A stretch of 64,000 nt of DNA from Candidatus Acidiferrum sp. (GTDB lineage: Bacteria; Acidobacteriota; Terriglobia; Acidiferrales; UBA7541), in NCBI GenBank assembly GCA_035693365.1, contig DASSGS010000011.1, positions 11,844 through 75,843 of the forward strand. The letters run 5' to 3'. The position numbers were made by a program, and so were the translations under genes. A model generated the notes under the pieces. The model made no database searches and had not been told where the DNA came from. It saw only the letters and a list, made by a program, of their open reading frames with translations. Below, one piece after another: positions 1 to 10,265 of the stretch. The stretch's first letter is position 1. Each line of letters starts with the position of its first letter.

Positions 1-452
1 ATCAGTTCCGCGCCGCCGAATTCCTTAAAGAGGTTCACACCCGCGGATTCCACCAGCCCGCCCAGCCACTTCACCAGTTTGTTGAGCGAAATCACAAAGT
101 TGCCGGAGTTGTTGAAGGGCGGCGGCGTGATGGGCATCCGGTAGGAGGATTTTTCCGTGAAGACGAGCGCGGCGGAGTCGGTGACCGGAGTATCGAGCGG
201 CGCGGTTTTCTGAAAATCGGGAACGAGCTCGGCGAGGGCCTTGGGGTTCATGATCGCGCCGGAAAGCTGGTGCGCGCCGATCTCGCGGCCTTTTTCGAGC
301 ACGTAGATGTTTTCCGCGGAAAGCTCGGGCTTCGCGCCGGCGGCGTTGTGCTGTTTGATCAGGTTGGCAAGATGCAGCGCGCAGGCAAGACCCGCGGGTC
401 CCGCGCCGACGATTAGGACGTCCGCTTCCAGTTGTTCGCGTTGAATGGCCAT
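1..452 (-). CDS. Electron transfer flavoprotein-ubiquinone oxidoreductase (FixC/ETF-QO family), N-terminal part; runs off window
   Basis: Manual translation from ATG at 452: MAIQREQLEADVLIVGAGPAGLACA...VLEKGREIGAHQLSGA; FAD-binding GxGxxG plus the ETF-QO EKGxEIGAH motif. Confidence 0.85.
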   Translation of the reverse strand, partial: MAIQREQLEADVLIVGAGPAGLACALHLANLIKQHNAAGAKPELSAENIYVLEKGREIGAHQLSGAIMNPKALAELVPDFQKTAPLDTPVTDSAALVFTEKSSYRMPITPPPFNNSGNFVISLNKLVKWLGGLVESAGVNLFKEFGGAEL

Positions 453-542
453 GCGGTTATTTTATCAAACACTTGTTTGGCGCAAAGCCGGAATCCGGTG
501 CATATAGTGGCCGACCTTTAGGTCGGTGCTACCTCTGAGCAA

Positions 543-2180
543 TCAAAATCCCGGGGCGCCGGAGGAAGCAGGACGCATTTCGGGCGCGTTTACGCCGAAA
601 CGCAGATGGGCGAACCAGGACTGGCTGAGCGACATGAATCCTGTGTACAGATAGCCCCACACGAAAAGGAGCAGAAACGGCACGGTGGCGTAATTTTCAT
701 TCATGATGGCGTAGACGACGGTCAGCCCGAAATAAAGGCCCAGCGCCACTTCGAAATAGGGCATCCAGCCGGCCTTATTCTTGTATTTCTTGGCGGCGAA
801 TGTGCCGGATTTGCCTTCAATCTTGAATTTTGGCGTGCGCGCAAAATCGGATTTTTTGCCCACGATGGCTTCGAGCACAGCTTGTGCGTTGCGGACGCTG
901 ATGCCGATACCCGTAGCCATTACGAAGGGCATATAGAGAAACGTGGTAAGCCAGGTCTTTGGGCGAAGTTCTTTCTGCGCGGCAAGATAAAAACTGGAGA
1001 TCGAGCATGTGGACGCGAGGAATAGTGGCAAGTCGATCACCAGCATCTGGAACCAGCCCTGATAAAAGCGGACGATCATCGCGGGCAGCAGCATCGTGGA
1101 GAGTAGCACCATCAGCGGGTAGGAAATATTCGCGGTCAGATGGAAAAACGCTTCGGACTTCACATAAAACGGCACGTCCGAACGGAACACCTTGGGAAGA
1201 ATTTTCTTGGCCGTCTGCATCAGGCCCTTGGCCCAGCGAGCCTGCTGCGCCTTGAAACCGTTCATGTCCACCGGTAACTCGGAAGCGCACTCAATCTCCG
1301 GCAAATAAAGAAATTTCCAGCCTTTGAGCTGCGCGCGATAAGAAAGATCGGTGTCTTCCGTCAGCGTGTCGTGCTCCCAGCCGCCGGCGGCATCAATCGC
1401 GGCGCGGCGCCAGACGCCGGCGGTGCCGTTGAAATTGAAAAAAGTCCCGCGCCGCGAACGCCCGCCATGCTCGATGACGAAGTGCCCGTCGAGCAGGATT
1501 GTTTCCACGCGCGTCAGAAGGGAGTAGTCGCTGTTGAGATACGTCCAGCGGGTCTGCACCATCCCGATCTTGCCTTGCGTCGCAGGATCCAGAAAAAAGG
1601 GAACCGTTCGGCGCAGAAAATCCGCCTGCGGAATGAAATCCGCGTCAAAAATCGCCACGAATTCGCCCTGCGCGGTCTTCAGTCCATTTTCCAGCGCGCC
1701 GGCTTTGAAGCCTTCGCGATTCGTACGGTGAATATAGCTGATTGGCAGTCCTTGAATCGCGTGGCGTTCCACGCACGCGCGCGCGACTTCCCGCGTTTCA
1801 TCCGTCGAATCGTCCAGCACCTGGATGTCCAGAAACTCGCGCGGGTAATCAAATTGCGCCACCGCGTCAACCAGCCGCTCGATCACGTAGCGTTCGTTGA
1901 AGATGGGAAGCTGTATGGTAACCTTGGGCCAGTTTTCGACTGCCGGCGGCGCGGGGGGAACATTCTTGCGGTAAACATAATAGTCATAGAGCAGCACGTA
2001 GCGGTGCAAACCGTAAAGCGCCAGCATGAACAGCACGATGAAGTAGGGAATCATCATCGCCAAATCAAACGAGTTGGCGTTGTAGACTCCGGTGAACGTC
2101 TTGTCCGTGATTTTGTGCCAGTAATGGCTCAGCCCGCCCTGCGCGGCGACGGCGAAAAAAAGTGGAGTGAAGTTCAACAA
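543..2180 (-). CDS. Glycosyltransferase family 2, cellulose synthase-like (CslA-type)
   Basis: QLPIFNE, QVLDDSTD, KAGAL, FDADF, TEDTDL and QQARW (D,D,D,QxxRW) motifs; flanking TM helices; exact start uncertain. Confidence 0.9.
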   Translation of the reverse strand: MLNFTPLFFAVAAQGGLSHYWHKITDKTFTGVYNANSFDLAMMIPYFIVLFMLALYGLHRYVLLYDYYVYRKNVPPAPPAVENWPKVTIQLPIFNERYVIERLVDAVAQFDYPREFLDIQVLDDSTDETREVARACVERHAIQGLPISYIHRTNREGFKAGALENGLKTAQGEFVAIFDADFIPQADFLRRTVPFFLDPATQGKIGMVQTRWTYLNSDYSLLTRVETILLDGHFVIEHGGRSRRGTFFNFNGTAGVWRRAAIDAAGGWEHDTLTEDTDLSYRAQLKGWKFLYLPEIECASELPVDMNGFKAQQARWAKGLMQTAKKILPKVFRSDVPFYVKSEAFFHLTANISYPLMVLLSTMLLPAMIVRFYQGWFQMLVIDLPLFLASTCSISSFYLAAQKELRPKTWLTTFLYMPFVMATGIGISVRNAQAVLEAIVGKKSDFARTPKFKIEGKSGTFAAKKYKNKAGWMPYFEVALGLYFGLTVVYAIMNENYATVPFLLLFVWGYLYTGFMSLSQSWFAHLRFGVNAPEMRPASSGAPGF

Positions 2181-2197
2181 GATGCGCGTCTCTCCGA

Positions 2198-3511
2198 ATG
2201 ACTTCCGAAACTCAAACTGAAAATCTGAAGCTTGCCGGGCTGCTGGCGGCGGGAGCGCTGCTGGAGGCGCTCTACCTGCGGATGCACAGCCTGTACTACC
2301 TGAAAAATCACGCGATTGCGTTTATGGTGCTGGCGCTGGGCGCCGGCATAGTCTACCTGATTGCCTTGTATGGTTTCGAGCAGACACGGGCATCGCGCGC
2401 TTCCTTTATTTTACTCATTTTTGCCGCTGTTGTATTCCGCGCCACCCTCTGGCCCATGCTGCCCACGCTTTCCGACGATCTGCAGCGCTACCGCTGGGAT
2501 GCTAAAGTCCAGGCCAACTGCTTCAATCCCTATGAAATTGCACCGCGGGATCCGCGGCTCGCCTACCTGCGCGACCACGAGTACGAAATCATGCCGGGGC
2601 GAGAAACGCCGACGATCTACCCTCCAGCCACCGAACTGGTCCTTCGCGCGACGTGGAAACTCTTCCCTGGCCCGACGGCATTCAAAGTGCCGTTTGCGGT
2701 GGCTGATGTCCTGGTGGTCTTTCTTCTGGCCTGGATTTTTCGTGGGGAAAAAGATCGTGCCTTTCGCGTCGCCGTCTACGCCTGGAATCCGCTGGTGATC
2801 GTGGAGTTCGCCGGCAGCGGCCACAACGATGTGCTGGCGCTGCTGGGCATTGTCTGCGGCCTGGCGCTTTTGAAAAAACGCCCCGCGCTGGCAAGTTCAT
2901 CCATCGCTCTGGCCGCGATGGCCAAGGTTTTCCCAGCTGTGTTGCTGCCGGCGTGGATTCGCCGCGCGGGTTGGCCAGAAAAGCGCTCCGGGTGGCGGGC
3001 CGCCGGACTTGCGGCTGCAGCGGGGGCGCTTGTGCTGCTGCCCTATTGGAGCGCGCTCGGCGCATTTCGCGCGAACCTCGCCTACTACGAAGCAACCTGG
3101 AAAAATTATCATGCCAGCCTTTACACCTTGATCGACTGGCTGACCGGCGGTGGAACTCGAATTCCCGCGCTGGCCGGCGCCGCGGCGATTTGGGGATTGG
3201 CCCTGTGGCTGGCCTGGAAACGCGCCGAGCCAGCTCGCGCAGCGTATCTCTTGATCGGAACGAGCCTGGCGTTCTGGCCCAATGGCTATCCGTGGTATTT
3301 CACGTGGATTGTGCCGCTGTTGTGTTTTTTTCCGAATCCCGCGTGGTTGCTGCTTACGGTGCTGCAATTCCTGTCCTACAACGTTCTGATCGGCTACGGA
3401 ATTCTCGGCCAGTTTAAATTCGATTCACTGATGCAGTGGCTGGTGTACGCGCCATTTTATGCGCTACTTGTCGGCGGATGGATTCTGCGCCGGAACCATC
3501 CGGGAGCCTGA
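2198..3511 (+). CDS. Polytopic membrane GT-C-fold glycosyltransferase (GT87/DUF2029-like)
   Basis: SDDLQRYRWD, YPP, WNPL...GHND and PWY motifs; many TM helices. Confidence 0.75.
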   Translation: MTSETQTENLKLAGLLAAGALLEALYLRMHSLYYLKNHAIAFMVLALGAGIVYLIALYGFEQTRASRASFILLIFAAVVFRATLWPMLPTLSDDLQRYRWDAKVQANCFNPYEIAPRDPRLAYLRDHEYEIMPGRETPTIYPPATELVLRATWKLFPGPTAFKVPFAVADVLVVFLLAWIFRGEKDRAFRVAVYAWNPLVIVEFAGSGHNDVLALLGIVCGLALLKKRPALASSSIALAAMAKVFPAVLLPAWIRRAGWPEKRSGWRAAGLAAAAGALVLLPYWSALGAFRANLAYYEATWKNYHASLYTLIDWLTGGGTRIPALAGAAAIWGLALWLAWKRAEPARAAYLLIGTSLAFWPNGYPWYFTWIVPLLCFFPNPAWLLLTVLQFLSYNVLIGYGILGQFKFDSLMQWLVYAPFYALLVGGWILRRNHPGA

Positions 3512-3568
3512 GCCAGCAACCAGCTGGGAAGACGCGCCATCGTCTGTCCGCATGGCGCTCCCCAGAAA

Positions 3569-4531
3569 TCAGGGAACCAGAACGATTTTGCCGTGTGCGC
3601 CGGGCGCCAGGACGTCCACATGCGCCTGCGCGGCATCTTTCAGCGGCAGTTCTCTCCCCACGATCGGCCGCAAAGTGCCGTTTTCCAGTCCTGCGCCGAT
3701 CGCAGCGTAGATTTCCACCAGTTCAGGTTCCGTCGCTGCCCAGAGCGTGAAGCCCCTGGCCGTGCCGCGCCGTGCCATAAGGTCGCGCGGATTGATGTTG
3801 ATTTCGCCGCGGTTGCCGATGATGATCGCGCGACCGTTCATCGCCAGCAATTTCAGATCGGAGGAAAGATTCACGTTCGCGAGCATTTCCAGGATTACGT
3901 CAACGCCGCGGCCGCCGGTCGCTTTCATGATTTCGTCGGTATAACCGGGCTTGCTGTGATCGAACACCTGGTGTGCGCCTTCTCTTTTCGCCAGGTCCAA
4001 ACCCTTGGGCGTGCCCGCGGTTCCGAAAACGGTCAATCCCATCGCACGCGCAAATTGCGCCGCGGCTGTGCCCACACCTCCGCTGGCTCCGTGGATCAGC
4101 ACGATCTCTCCCGGACGTGCGTGCGCGTGATGCACGAGCGCGGTGATCGCGGTGCCGTAGGGCACCCAGACTCCCGCTCCCTGCGAGAAGGAAATTTTCT
4201 CCGGCAACGGATGAACCTGAGATTCAAGCGCCAGCGCGTATTCGGCATAAGCGCCGGTCACGGTCCTCGCGGTGTAAACGCGGGCGCCGGGCTTGAATTT
4301 GCTGACGCCTTCACCGACGGCTTCGATCACGCCCGCGGCATCGGAACCCGGCGTATAGGGCAACGGCGGCTTGATGGCATAGGTGCCGTTGCGCATATAG
4401 GTGTCGTAAGGATTCACGCCCGCGGCATGCACGCGAACCAGAACCTGTCCGGCAACGGGCTTGGGCGTCGGGATATCCTGCAGCTGCAAAACTTCCGGCG
4501 CTCCGAACTGGTGCACTTGTATCGCTTTCAT
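3569..4531 (-). CDS. qor: NADPH:quinone reductase (zeta-crystallin family)
   Basis: MKAIQVHQFGAPEVL, GVNPYD, HGASGGVG, GKIVL; GGGGAG RBS before ATG at 4531. Confidence 0.85.
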   Translation of the reverse strand: MKAIQVHQFGAPEVLQLQDIPTPKPVAGQVLVRVHAAGVNPYDTYMRNGTYAIKPPLPYTPGSDAAGVIEAVGEGVSKFKPGARVYTARTVTGAYAEYALALESQVHPLPEKISFSQGAGVWVPYGTAITALVHHAHARPGEIVLIHGASGGVGTAAAQFARAMGLTVFGTAGTPKGLDLAKREGAHQVFDHSKPGYTDEIMKATGGRGVDVILEMLANVNLSSDLKLLAMNGRAIIIGNRGEININPRDLMARRGTARGFTLWAATEPELVEIYAAIGAGLENGTLRPIVGRELPLKDAAQAHVDVLAPGAHGKIVLVP

Positions 4532-4557
4532 CTGCAATCTCCCCATGCCACAGAATT

Positions 4558-5700
4558 TCAGAAATGATCGTCATGGACCATCGCAGCCGCCGCCGTTTCG
4601 TTCGTGGTCTTCTTCCACGCCGTGGTCTGCCAATTGTCCTTGGATTTCTTCGCGGGGACGAATCCCGGCATCAACTGGTCAAAGTGCACCGCGAGGCTGA
4701 ACAGATAAGGCTCATAGAGGTTACGGAGTTCGGTAAGTTTTTGCAGGGCTTCCGGCTTGGTGGAGAGTTGCGTCCCATGTTTAGCAAGCGTGTCGCGGAC
4801 GAGTTGCAACACTTCCGGCGGGAGGCGATCCATTTTCGGAGGATTTGGCGAGACTGAAAAAACCTGGCAGAGATCAACAACTGCGTGGCGAGCGATCGCA
4901 AACGTGAGCTGGGCTTGCCGGGCGCAAACATCTTCCATGCCCGAAATCGTGAGTGCGCATGCGTCGAGGATCGCCGTCAGCGAACTGATCCAGGATTGAT
5001 TGTCGTGTTGCGAACGGAAGTAGGCCAGGACCGGATAGGAAAGGTGGCTTTCGAGAACCTGCGCCGACCACCGCTCCCAATCCTTAAAGAGCTTGCGCAA
5101 CTCTTCATGACCGCCCTGAAACGTGTGTCGCAACAGAAGTTCCCCGCCGGTGGGCGGTGTGCCCGCCCGTGCGTCCAGGAGAACAATCTCCGTCTCGCGG
5201 TCGGCAAACGAGCCATAAATAAAAGGGAGATATCCGATCACCGCGGCCAGAAAGCCGAATCCGAAACCGGATTCCACGACCACCAGAAAGCGCGATACGC
5301 CGGAGTGCGGCACGACGTCGCCCAACCCCAGCGTGAAAAAGGTGGTGCCGCTCAAATAGATATCGGTGGAGAAGCTGGGGTGGCCGCCGGATAAATTCAC
5401 CGCCGAGCCCGCACCGTACTGCATCATCGCGAAACTCAGAATCAGCCCGGTGGCCCAAACTGCGATCAGAAAAAGCAGGGAAATCGGCCCGAAGAAGCCG
5501 AGGAACGAATCGCGACGCTTTTTGGAAGGAATCAGCCGCGCGTAAATCTTCCAGGTGCTCCAGGCGAACTGGAAATAGAAGCGCGTCAGGCGGAATTTGC
5601 GGGTGACGCGCCGAGGCAGGATGATGGCCTCGAACGCGTCCCAGATCACAATCAGAAAGATCACCACGCCGGCGATGAATACACCCGGAGCGAGTATCAT
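4558..5700 (-). CDS. Potassium channel family (two-TM pore) protein with C-terminal soluble domain
   Basis: Pore motif YLSGTTFFTLGLGDVVP flanked by TM helices; ESHLSYPVLAYFRS. Confidence 0.8.
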   Translation of the reverse strand: MILAPGVFIAGVVIFLIVIWDAFEAIILPRRVTRKFRLTRFYFQFAWSTWKIYARLIPSKKRRDSFLGFFGPISLLFLIAVWATGLILSFAMMQYGAGSAVNLSGGHPSFSTDIYLSGTTFFTLGLGDVVPHSGVSRFLVVVESGFGFGFLAAVIGYLPFIYGSFADRETEIVLLDARAGTPPTGGELLLRHTFQGGHEELRKLFKDWERWSAQVLESHLSYPVLAYFRSQHDNQSWISSLTAILDACALTISGMEDVCARQAQLTFAIARHAVVDLCQVFSVSPNPPKMDRLPPEVLQLVRDTLAKHGTQLSTKPEALQKLTELRNLYEPYLFSLAVHFDQLMPGFVPAKKSKDNWQTTAWKKTTNETAAAAMVHDDHF

Positions 5701-5737
5701 GCGGGACCTGCTTCTTTCATCGCGGTGGACGGGGCGC

Positions 5738-6175
5738 TCAAGCGGAGATCGAAGTGACCAGTCGCGCGTTCACGGTTATTTCCGTCTTGTAGAGCTTGGA
5801 AACGGGGCAGCCGGTCTCCGCGCCTTTTACGGCCGCGTCGAATTTTTCTTTGTCGGCATTGGGAATCGTGGCCACCAGATCCAGATGGCTTTTGGTGATG
5901 GAAAGGCCGTCACCCACTTTTTCTAGCGAGATCGTGCAGGTCGTCTCCAGCTTCGAAGCGATCATTCCCGCGGCGCCGAGTTGATTGGAAAGGGCCATGG
6001 TGAAGCAGCCGGCATGAGCCGCGGCAAGCAGTTCTTCGGGGTTGGTGCCGACGCCGTTCTCAAAACGGGTGGAAAACGAATACTGGGCTTCCTTCAATGT
6101 GCCGCTATCGGTTGTGAGGCTTCCTTTGCCTGATTTCAAATCGCCTTGCCAGACTGCGGATGCTTTGCGTTGCAT
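5738..6175 (-). CDS. osmC: OsmC family peroxiredoxin
   Basis: [16 protein letters not shown] and CPVSK motifs. Confidence 0.92.
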   Translation of the reverse strand: MQRKASAVWQGDLKSGKGSLTTDSGTLKEAQYSFSTRFENGVGTNPEELLAAAHAGCFTMALSNQLGAAGMIASKLETTCTISLEKVGDGLSITKSHLDLVATIPNADKEKFDAAVKGAETGCPVSKLYKTEITVNARLVTSISA

Positions 6176-6266
6176 GATTGGTATCTCCTCTTGCTGACTT
6201 GTGGCTGCGGGTCAGACAGCTTTGATTCACCAGGGCGGGATGTGGTTATGCAGCCAGGCCAGAATT

Positions 6267-6596
6267 CTACCACTTGTGGAAGATGAAAAACGCCGCCAGC
6301 GAAATGAAGGCAAAGCCCACGGCGTAGTTCCATTTCATCGGCTCGCCCAGGTAGGTGATGGAGAAAACAGAAAAGACGGAGAGAGTGATCACTTCCTGAA
6401 TGGTTTTGAGTTGCGCGGCGTTGAATTCATATGAGCCGATGCGGTTTGCCGGCACCTGAAAGCAATATTCAAAAAACGCAATTCCCCAGCTGATGGCAAT
6501 CACTTTCCACAGCGCCACGTTGCGGAACTTCAGATGACCGTACCAAGCGAAGGTCATGAAGATATTTGAAATTGTAAGAAGGAGAATTGTGCGCAT
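6267..6596 (-). CDS. DMT family small membrane protein (DUF486)
   Basis: SNIFMTFAWYGHLK, EYCFQVPANRIG, QLKTIQEVITL. Confidence 0.88.
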   Translation of the reverse strand: MRTILLLTISNIFMTFAWYGHLKFRNVALWKVIAISWGIAFFEYCFQVPANRIGSYEFNAAQLKTIQEVITLSVFSVFSITYLGEPMKWNYAVGFAFISLAAFFIFHKW

Positions 6597-6689
6597 ACGC
6601 CCGTACGGCTCCTTATCTTAGGAAAATTGGAGATTGGAACCGCGCTATCGTAGCCAAGTTCCGCAACAACGAAAACTACAAATAGTCTT

Positions 6690-7847
6690 TTAGGCGTCGA
6701 GACTGAGGGAGACCAGGCCCGGGGGCGTGGAGGGCACGATGGGTGGCAGTTTCGAGCGGTCGACCGGGTTGTAGAGGGTGTCGCGTTCGACGGGGACGCG
6801 GCCAGCGGCGCGGATCAGGCGCTGGAGTTCGCCGAGCGGGGTGAACTCCGATGTTTTTGCCCCCGCGTCGTGATAAATCTTTTCTTCGACCACGGTGCCG
6901 TCCAGGTCATTCGCGCCAAAACGCAGCGCGATCTGCGCGATGCTTGGCGTCAGCATGATCCAGTAGGCTTTGATGTGGTCGAAATTGTCGAGCATCAGTC
7001 GCGAGACGGCGATGCAGCGCAGGTCGTCGTAGCCCGTCGTTTTCGGAATGTGAGCCAGGGCCGTGTTGTCCGGATGAAACGCCAGCGGAATGAACGCGAC
7101 GAAGCCGTGGGTTTCATCCTGAGCTTCACGCAAGAGCACCAGGTGATCCACGCGCTCTTCGATGGTCTCCACGTGGCCGTAAAGCATGGTGGCGTTTGAA
7201 CGCAGTCCGATGCGATGGGCTTTTTTGGCGATGCTCAGCCACATGCGGCCGCTGACCTTGTGGTCGCAGATAATCTTGCGCACGCGCGGGTGAAAAATCT
7301 CCGCGCCGCCCCCGGGGCAGGAATCGACTCCGGCATCCTTCATCTTTTGCAGCGTTTCTTCGATGGTCAGTTTTGCGATGCGCGCGAAATAGTGCACCTC
7401 CACCATCGTGAACGCTTTCAGGTGCACATGCGGATGCCGCTGCTTCAGGCCGCTGATCATCTCCAGAAAGTGGTCAAAGGTAAGATCGGGGTGCAGCCCG
7501 CCGACGATGTGAAATTCCGTCGCACCTTCGCGCACGCCCTGGGCCGCGCGCTGGTATACCTCTTCGAGAGCGTAGGTGTAGGCGCCGGGGGCGTTGGGGT
7601 CGCGCCCAAACGCGCAAAGCTTGCAATGCGCCACGCAGACGTTGGTGGGATTGATGTGGCGGTTGACGTTGTAATAGGTGGTATTCCCGTGGCGCTTTTC
7701 GCGCACGTGATTCGCCAGCCAGCCCACCGCCAGCAAATCCGGCGAACGGAATAATGCGACGCCGTCGTCAAACGTGAGGCGTTCGCCGGCCAACACCTTG
7801 TCGGCGATGGGATTCAATGTTGCGTCGTTGATCGTCAGTTCAGCCAC
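6690..7847 (-). CDS. mqnE: Aminofutalosine synthase (radical SAM, CofH/MqnE family)
   Basis: TNVCVAHCKLC CxxxCxxC, PGGGAEIF, NATMLYGHVE, HIKAYW, DLDGTVVEEKI; adjacent UbiA and UbiX genes. Confidence 0.88.
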   Translation of the reverse strand: MAELTINDATLNPIADKVLAGERLTFDDGVALFRSPDLLAVGWLANHVREKRHGNTTYYNVNRHINPTNVCVAHCKLCAFGRDPNAPGAYTYALEEVYQRAAQGVREGATEFHIVGGLHPDLTFDHFLEMISGLKQRHPHVHLKAFTMVEVHYFARIAKLTIEETLQKMKDAGVDSCPGGGAEIFHPRVRKIICDHKVSGRMWLSIAKKAHRIGLRSNATMLYGHVETIEERVDHLVLLREAQDETHGFVAFIPLAFHPDNTALAHIPKTTGYDDLRCIAVSRLMLDNFDHIKAYWIMLTPSIAQIALRFGANDLDGTVVEEKIYHDAGAKTSEFTPLGELQRLIRAAGRVPVERDTLYNPVDRSKLPPIVPSTPPGLVSLSLDA

Positions 7848-7922
7848 GTCCGTCCCAATCTATTAGAGGGCGATTTGCCGTTCGCCGCTACTTAAATTCG
7901 TTTTTCGAAACCATCGAACCGT

Positions 7923-8795
7923 TCAAACGCGCCATAGAGCCGCAGCGGCGCCCCAGAACAACAGGAACAACATACTAATATAGCCGTTCACGGTGAAAAA
8001 CGCAGCGTTCAGTCGGCTGAGGTCATTGGCCTTCACCAGCGAATGCTCGTAGGCCAGCAGAGCGGCCACCACCGCGATTCCCACCCAGGCTGGCCAGGGC
8101 AAGCCAAATTCGTACGCCAGCCAGCCGAGGAGCAGGACTACGCCGACGTGCATCACCCGCGCAATTTGCAAAGCGCGCGCAATTCCGAATCGCTTCGGAA
8201 TTGAGTACAACCCGGCGCTCTGGTCGAACTCCACGTCCTGACAGGCGTAGAGCACGTCAAACCCGCCAACCCACAGCGTTACCGCGGCGCAAAGAATCAG
8301 CATCCGCCAGTCGAGCCCGCCGGTGATGGCGATCCAGGCCGCGGCCGGAGAAATTCCCAGCGCAAAGCCCAGGAAAAGATGCGACCAGTTCGTGAATCGC
8401 TTGGTGTAGGAATAGAAAAAGAGAATCGCAATCGCTAGCGGCGCCAGCTTCAATGCCAGCGGATTCAATTGCCACGCCGCGACAAAAAATACCGCGACTG
8501 CAAGTAGCGTGAAGGTCCAGGCAAACGAAACAGACAGCGAGCCCGTGGCCAGCGCGCGCATTTTCGTGCGCGGATTCTCCTTGTCGTAACGCAAATCCAC
8601 GATGCGGTTCAGCGTCATTGCCGCGGAACGCGCCGCCACCATCGCCACCACGATCCACAAAATCTGGCGCAGCGTAGGCCATCCGTGCATGGTTGCACGC
8701 GCCGCCAGCAGGGCACCGGTCAGCGCAAACGGCAGCGCAAACACGGAGTGCTCAAACTTGATCATTTCCAGAACGGTGCGAATGCGTCTAGCCAC
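7923..8795 (-). CDS. UbiA-like polyprenyltransferase (futalosine pathway MqnP-type)
   Basis: IKFEHSVFALPFA, NRIVDLRYDKENPRT, YSYTKRF, GFDVLYACQD. Confidence 0.88.
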   Translation of the reverse strand: MARRIRTVLEMIKFEHSVFALPFALTGALLAARATMHGWPTLRQILWIVVAMVAARSAAMTLNRIVDLRYDKENPRTKMRALATGSLSVSFAWTFTLLAVAVFFVAAWQLNPLALKLAPLAIAILFFYSYTKRFTNWSHLFLGFALGISPAAAWIAITGGLDWRMLILCAAVTLWVGGFDVLYACQDVEFDQSAGLYSIPKRFGIARALQIARVMHVGVVLLLGWLAYEFGLPWPAWVGIAVVAALLAYEHSLVKANDLSRLNAAFFTVNGYISMLFLLFWGAAAALWRV

Positions 8796-8798
8796 GCC

Positions 8799-9434
8799 TC
8801 AGCCCTCCGCTTTCTTCACGGCAGCGCTGCCCGTCCAGCGAAACATTTTTTCCTGCGGCAGGCCGGCCTGTGCCAGCACGCGGCAAACGTATTGCGTCAC
8901 CAGGTCATCAATCGTTTTGGGCAGGTGATAAAAAGACGGCATCACCGGCATGATCACCGCGCCGGCCGCCTGGGCCCGCAGCATGTTTTCGAGATGAATG
9001 CGGTTCAGCGGCGTGTCTCGCACGCACAGAATCAGTTTGCGGCCTTCCTTCAGCATCACGTCCGCGGAACGCGCCATCAGATCGTCGCATGTGCCGCACG
9101 CGATCGATGCCAGGGCGCCGACGGTGCAGGGAATCACGATCATGGCGTCCACGCTGTAGCTGCCCGAAGCGATTGACGCGCCTACGTCTTTGTTGGAGAG
9201 GACTTCGATCTTTTTGGGAGTGCGTCCAAGAACGCGGCCCGGCAGTTTCTTCAAATCGCCGGAGGTGATGCGGAGTTCTTCGGCAAAAAGCCGCTGTCCC
9301 GTTTCGGTGACCACCAGGTGGACCCGGCCGACTCGCGGGTCGTCTTCCAACATGGCGAGCGTTTTCTGCGCGAAAACGGCGCCGCTCGCGCCGGTCACAC
9401 CCACGGTAATCGTTTGTCCTTTGACGGGAGGCAT
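8799..9434 (-). CDS. ubiX: UbiX flavin prenyltransferase
   Basis: GVTGASG, IASGS, R-D/E-TPL, MPSFYHLPKT. Confidence 0.9.
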   Translation of the reverse strand: MPPVKGQTITVGVTGASGAVFAQKTLAMLEDDPRVGRVHLVVTETGQRLFAEELRITSGDLKKLPGRVLGRTPKKIEVLSNKDVGASIASGSYSVDAMIVIPCTVGALASIACGTCDDLMARSADVMLKEGRKLILCVRDTPLNRIHLENMLRAQAAGAVIMPVMPSFYHLPKTIDDLVTQYVCRVLAQAGLPQEKMFRWTGSAAVKKAEG

Positions 9435-9521
9435 GGAAATGTGTGCGGTTCATTCAGTCTCGCAGCGCCCTGAAGGTAAGTCAAGGAGGGAGGAAGCGGC
9501 AAGGGTGAGGGAAAAAAGGGC

Positions 9522-9561
9522 TTGACAAAGTAGGGTCAAATTGGTAAAATGAACATGTTCA
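9522..9561 (+). promoter_or_regulatory. Sigma70 promoter with overlapping palindromic operator for the TetR operon
   Basis: TTGACA(9522-9527)-17 bp-TAAAAT(9545-9550); perfect palindrome TGAACATGTTCA at 9550-9561. Confidence 0.75.
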
Positions 9562-10265
9562 GTTATAGTGTTCCTGAGCCTACCTCGCCGCCTTCCAAGG
9601 CGGAGCTTACCCGGGAGCGCATCCTTCAAAGTGCTTTAATCCTTTTCCGCACAAATGGTTACGAGAATACTACCCTCCGCCAAATCGCTGCCGAATCCGG
9701 GTCCTCCCTTGGTCTCGCCTATCGGTACTTCGGCGGCAAAGAGGAATTCGTCCTGGCGTTTTATGAAACCCTGGCGGTAGAGTTCATCGAGCAGATTTCG
9801 ACTCTTCCCCAAGGCAAGATTGCTTCACGCTTTACCGCTGCGTTCAACCTCAAGCTTGCGCTGGTCGAACCGCACAACGAGCTGATCGGCGTGCTTCTTT
9901 CCGCGGCGCTCAATCCCAACTCCCGTATCGCCGTGCTGGGCCAGGCCTCGGCGGAAATCCGCACGCGCATGCAAACGGCTTTCATCAGATTGGTTAGCGA
10001 ATCCGAAGACGCGCCTGACGCCGCGACTTGTGCCGCATTTGGAAAACTCCTCTATGTCGTCCATCTCGCGCTTCTGTATTTCCGCGTGAACGACCGCACA
10101 CCCGGCGGCCGCGCGACACGCGAATTGCTTGCGTGGATTGAAACCGCGCTCTCCTATTTCCCCATGAGTTATCGTCTGCCTTTCGTTTCCGATGCCCTGC
10201 TGAAACTCTCTGCGACACTCGAGACCGTCTTTGGAGGAGCCACCGATGAGCACCCTGCCCAATAA
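9549..10265 (+). CDS. TetR family transcriptional regulator (true start possibly ATG 9555)
   Basis: TRERILQSALILF...GYENTTLRQIA...LGLAYRYFGGKEE N-terminal HTH. Confidence 0.9.
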   Translation: MNMFSYSVPEPTSPPSKAELTRERILQSALILFRTNGYENTTLRQIAAESGSSLGLAYRYFGGKEEFVLAFYETLAVEFIEQISTLPQGKIASRFTAAFNLKLALVEPHNELIGVLLSAALNPNSRIAVLGQASAEIRTRMQTAFIRLVSESEDAPDAATCAAFGKLLYVVHLALLYFRVNDRTPGGRATRELLAWIETALSYFPMSYRLPFVSDALLKLSATLETVFGGATDEHPAQ

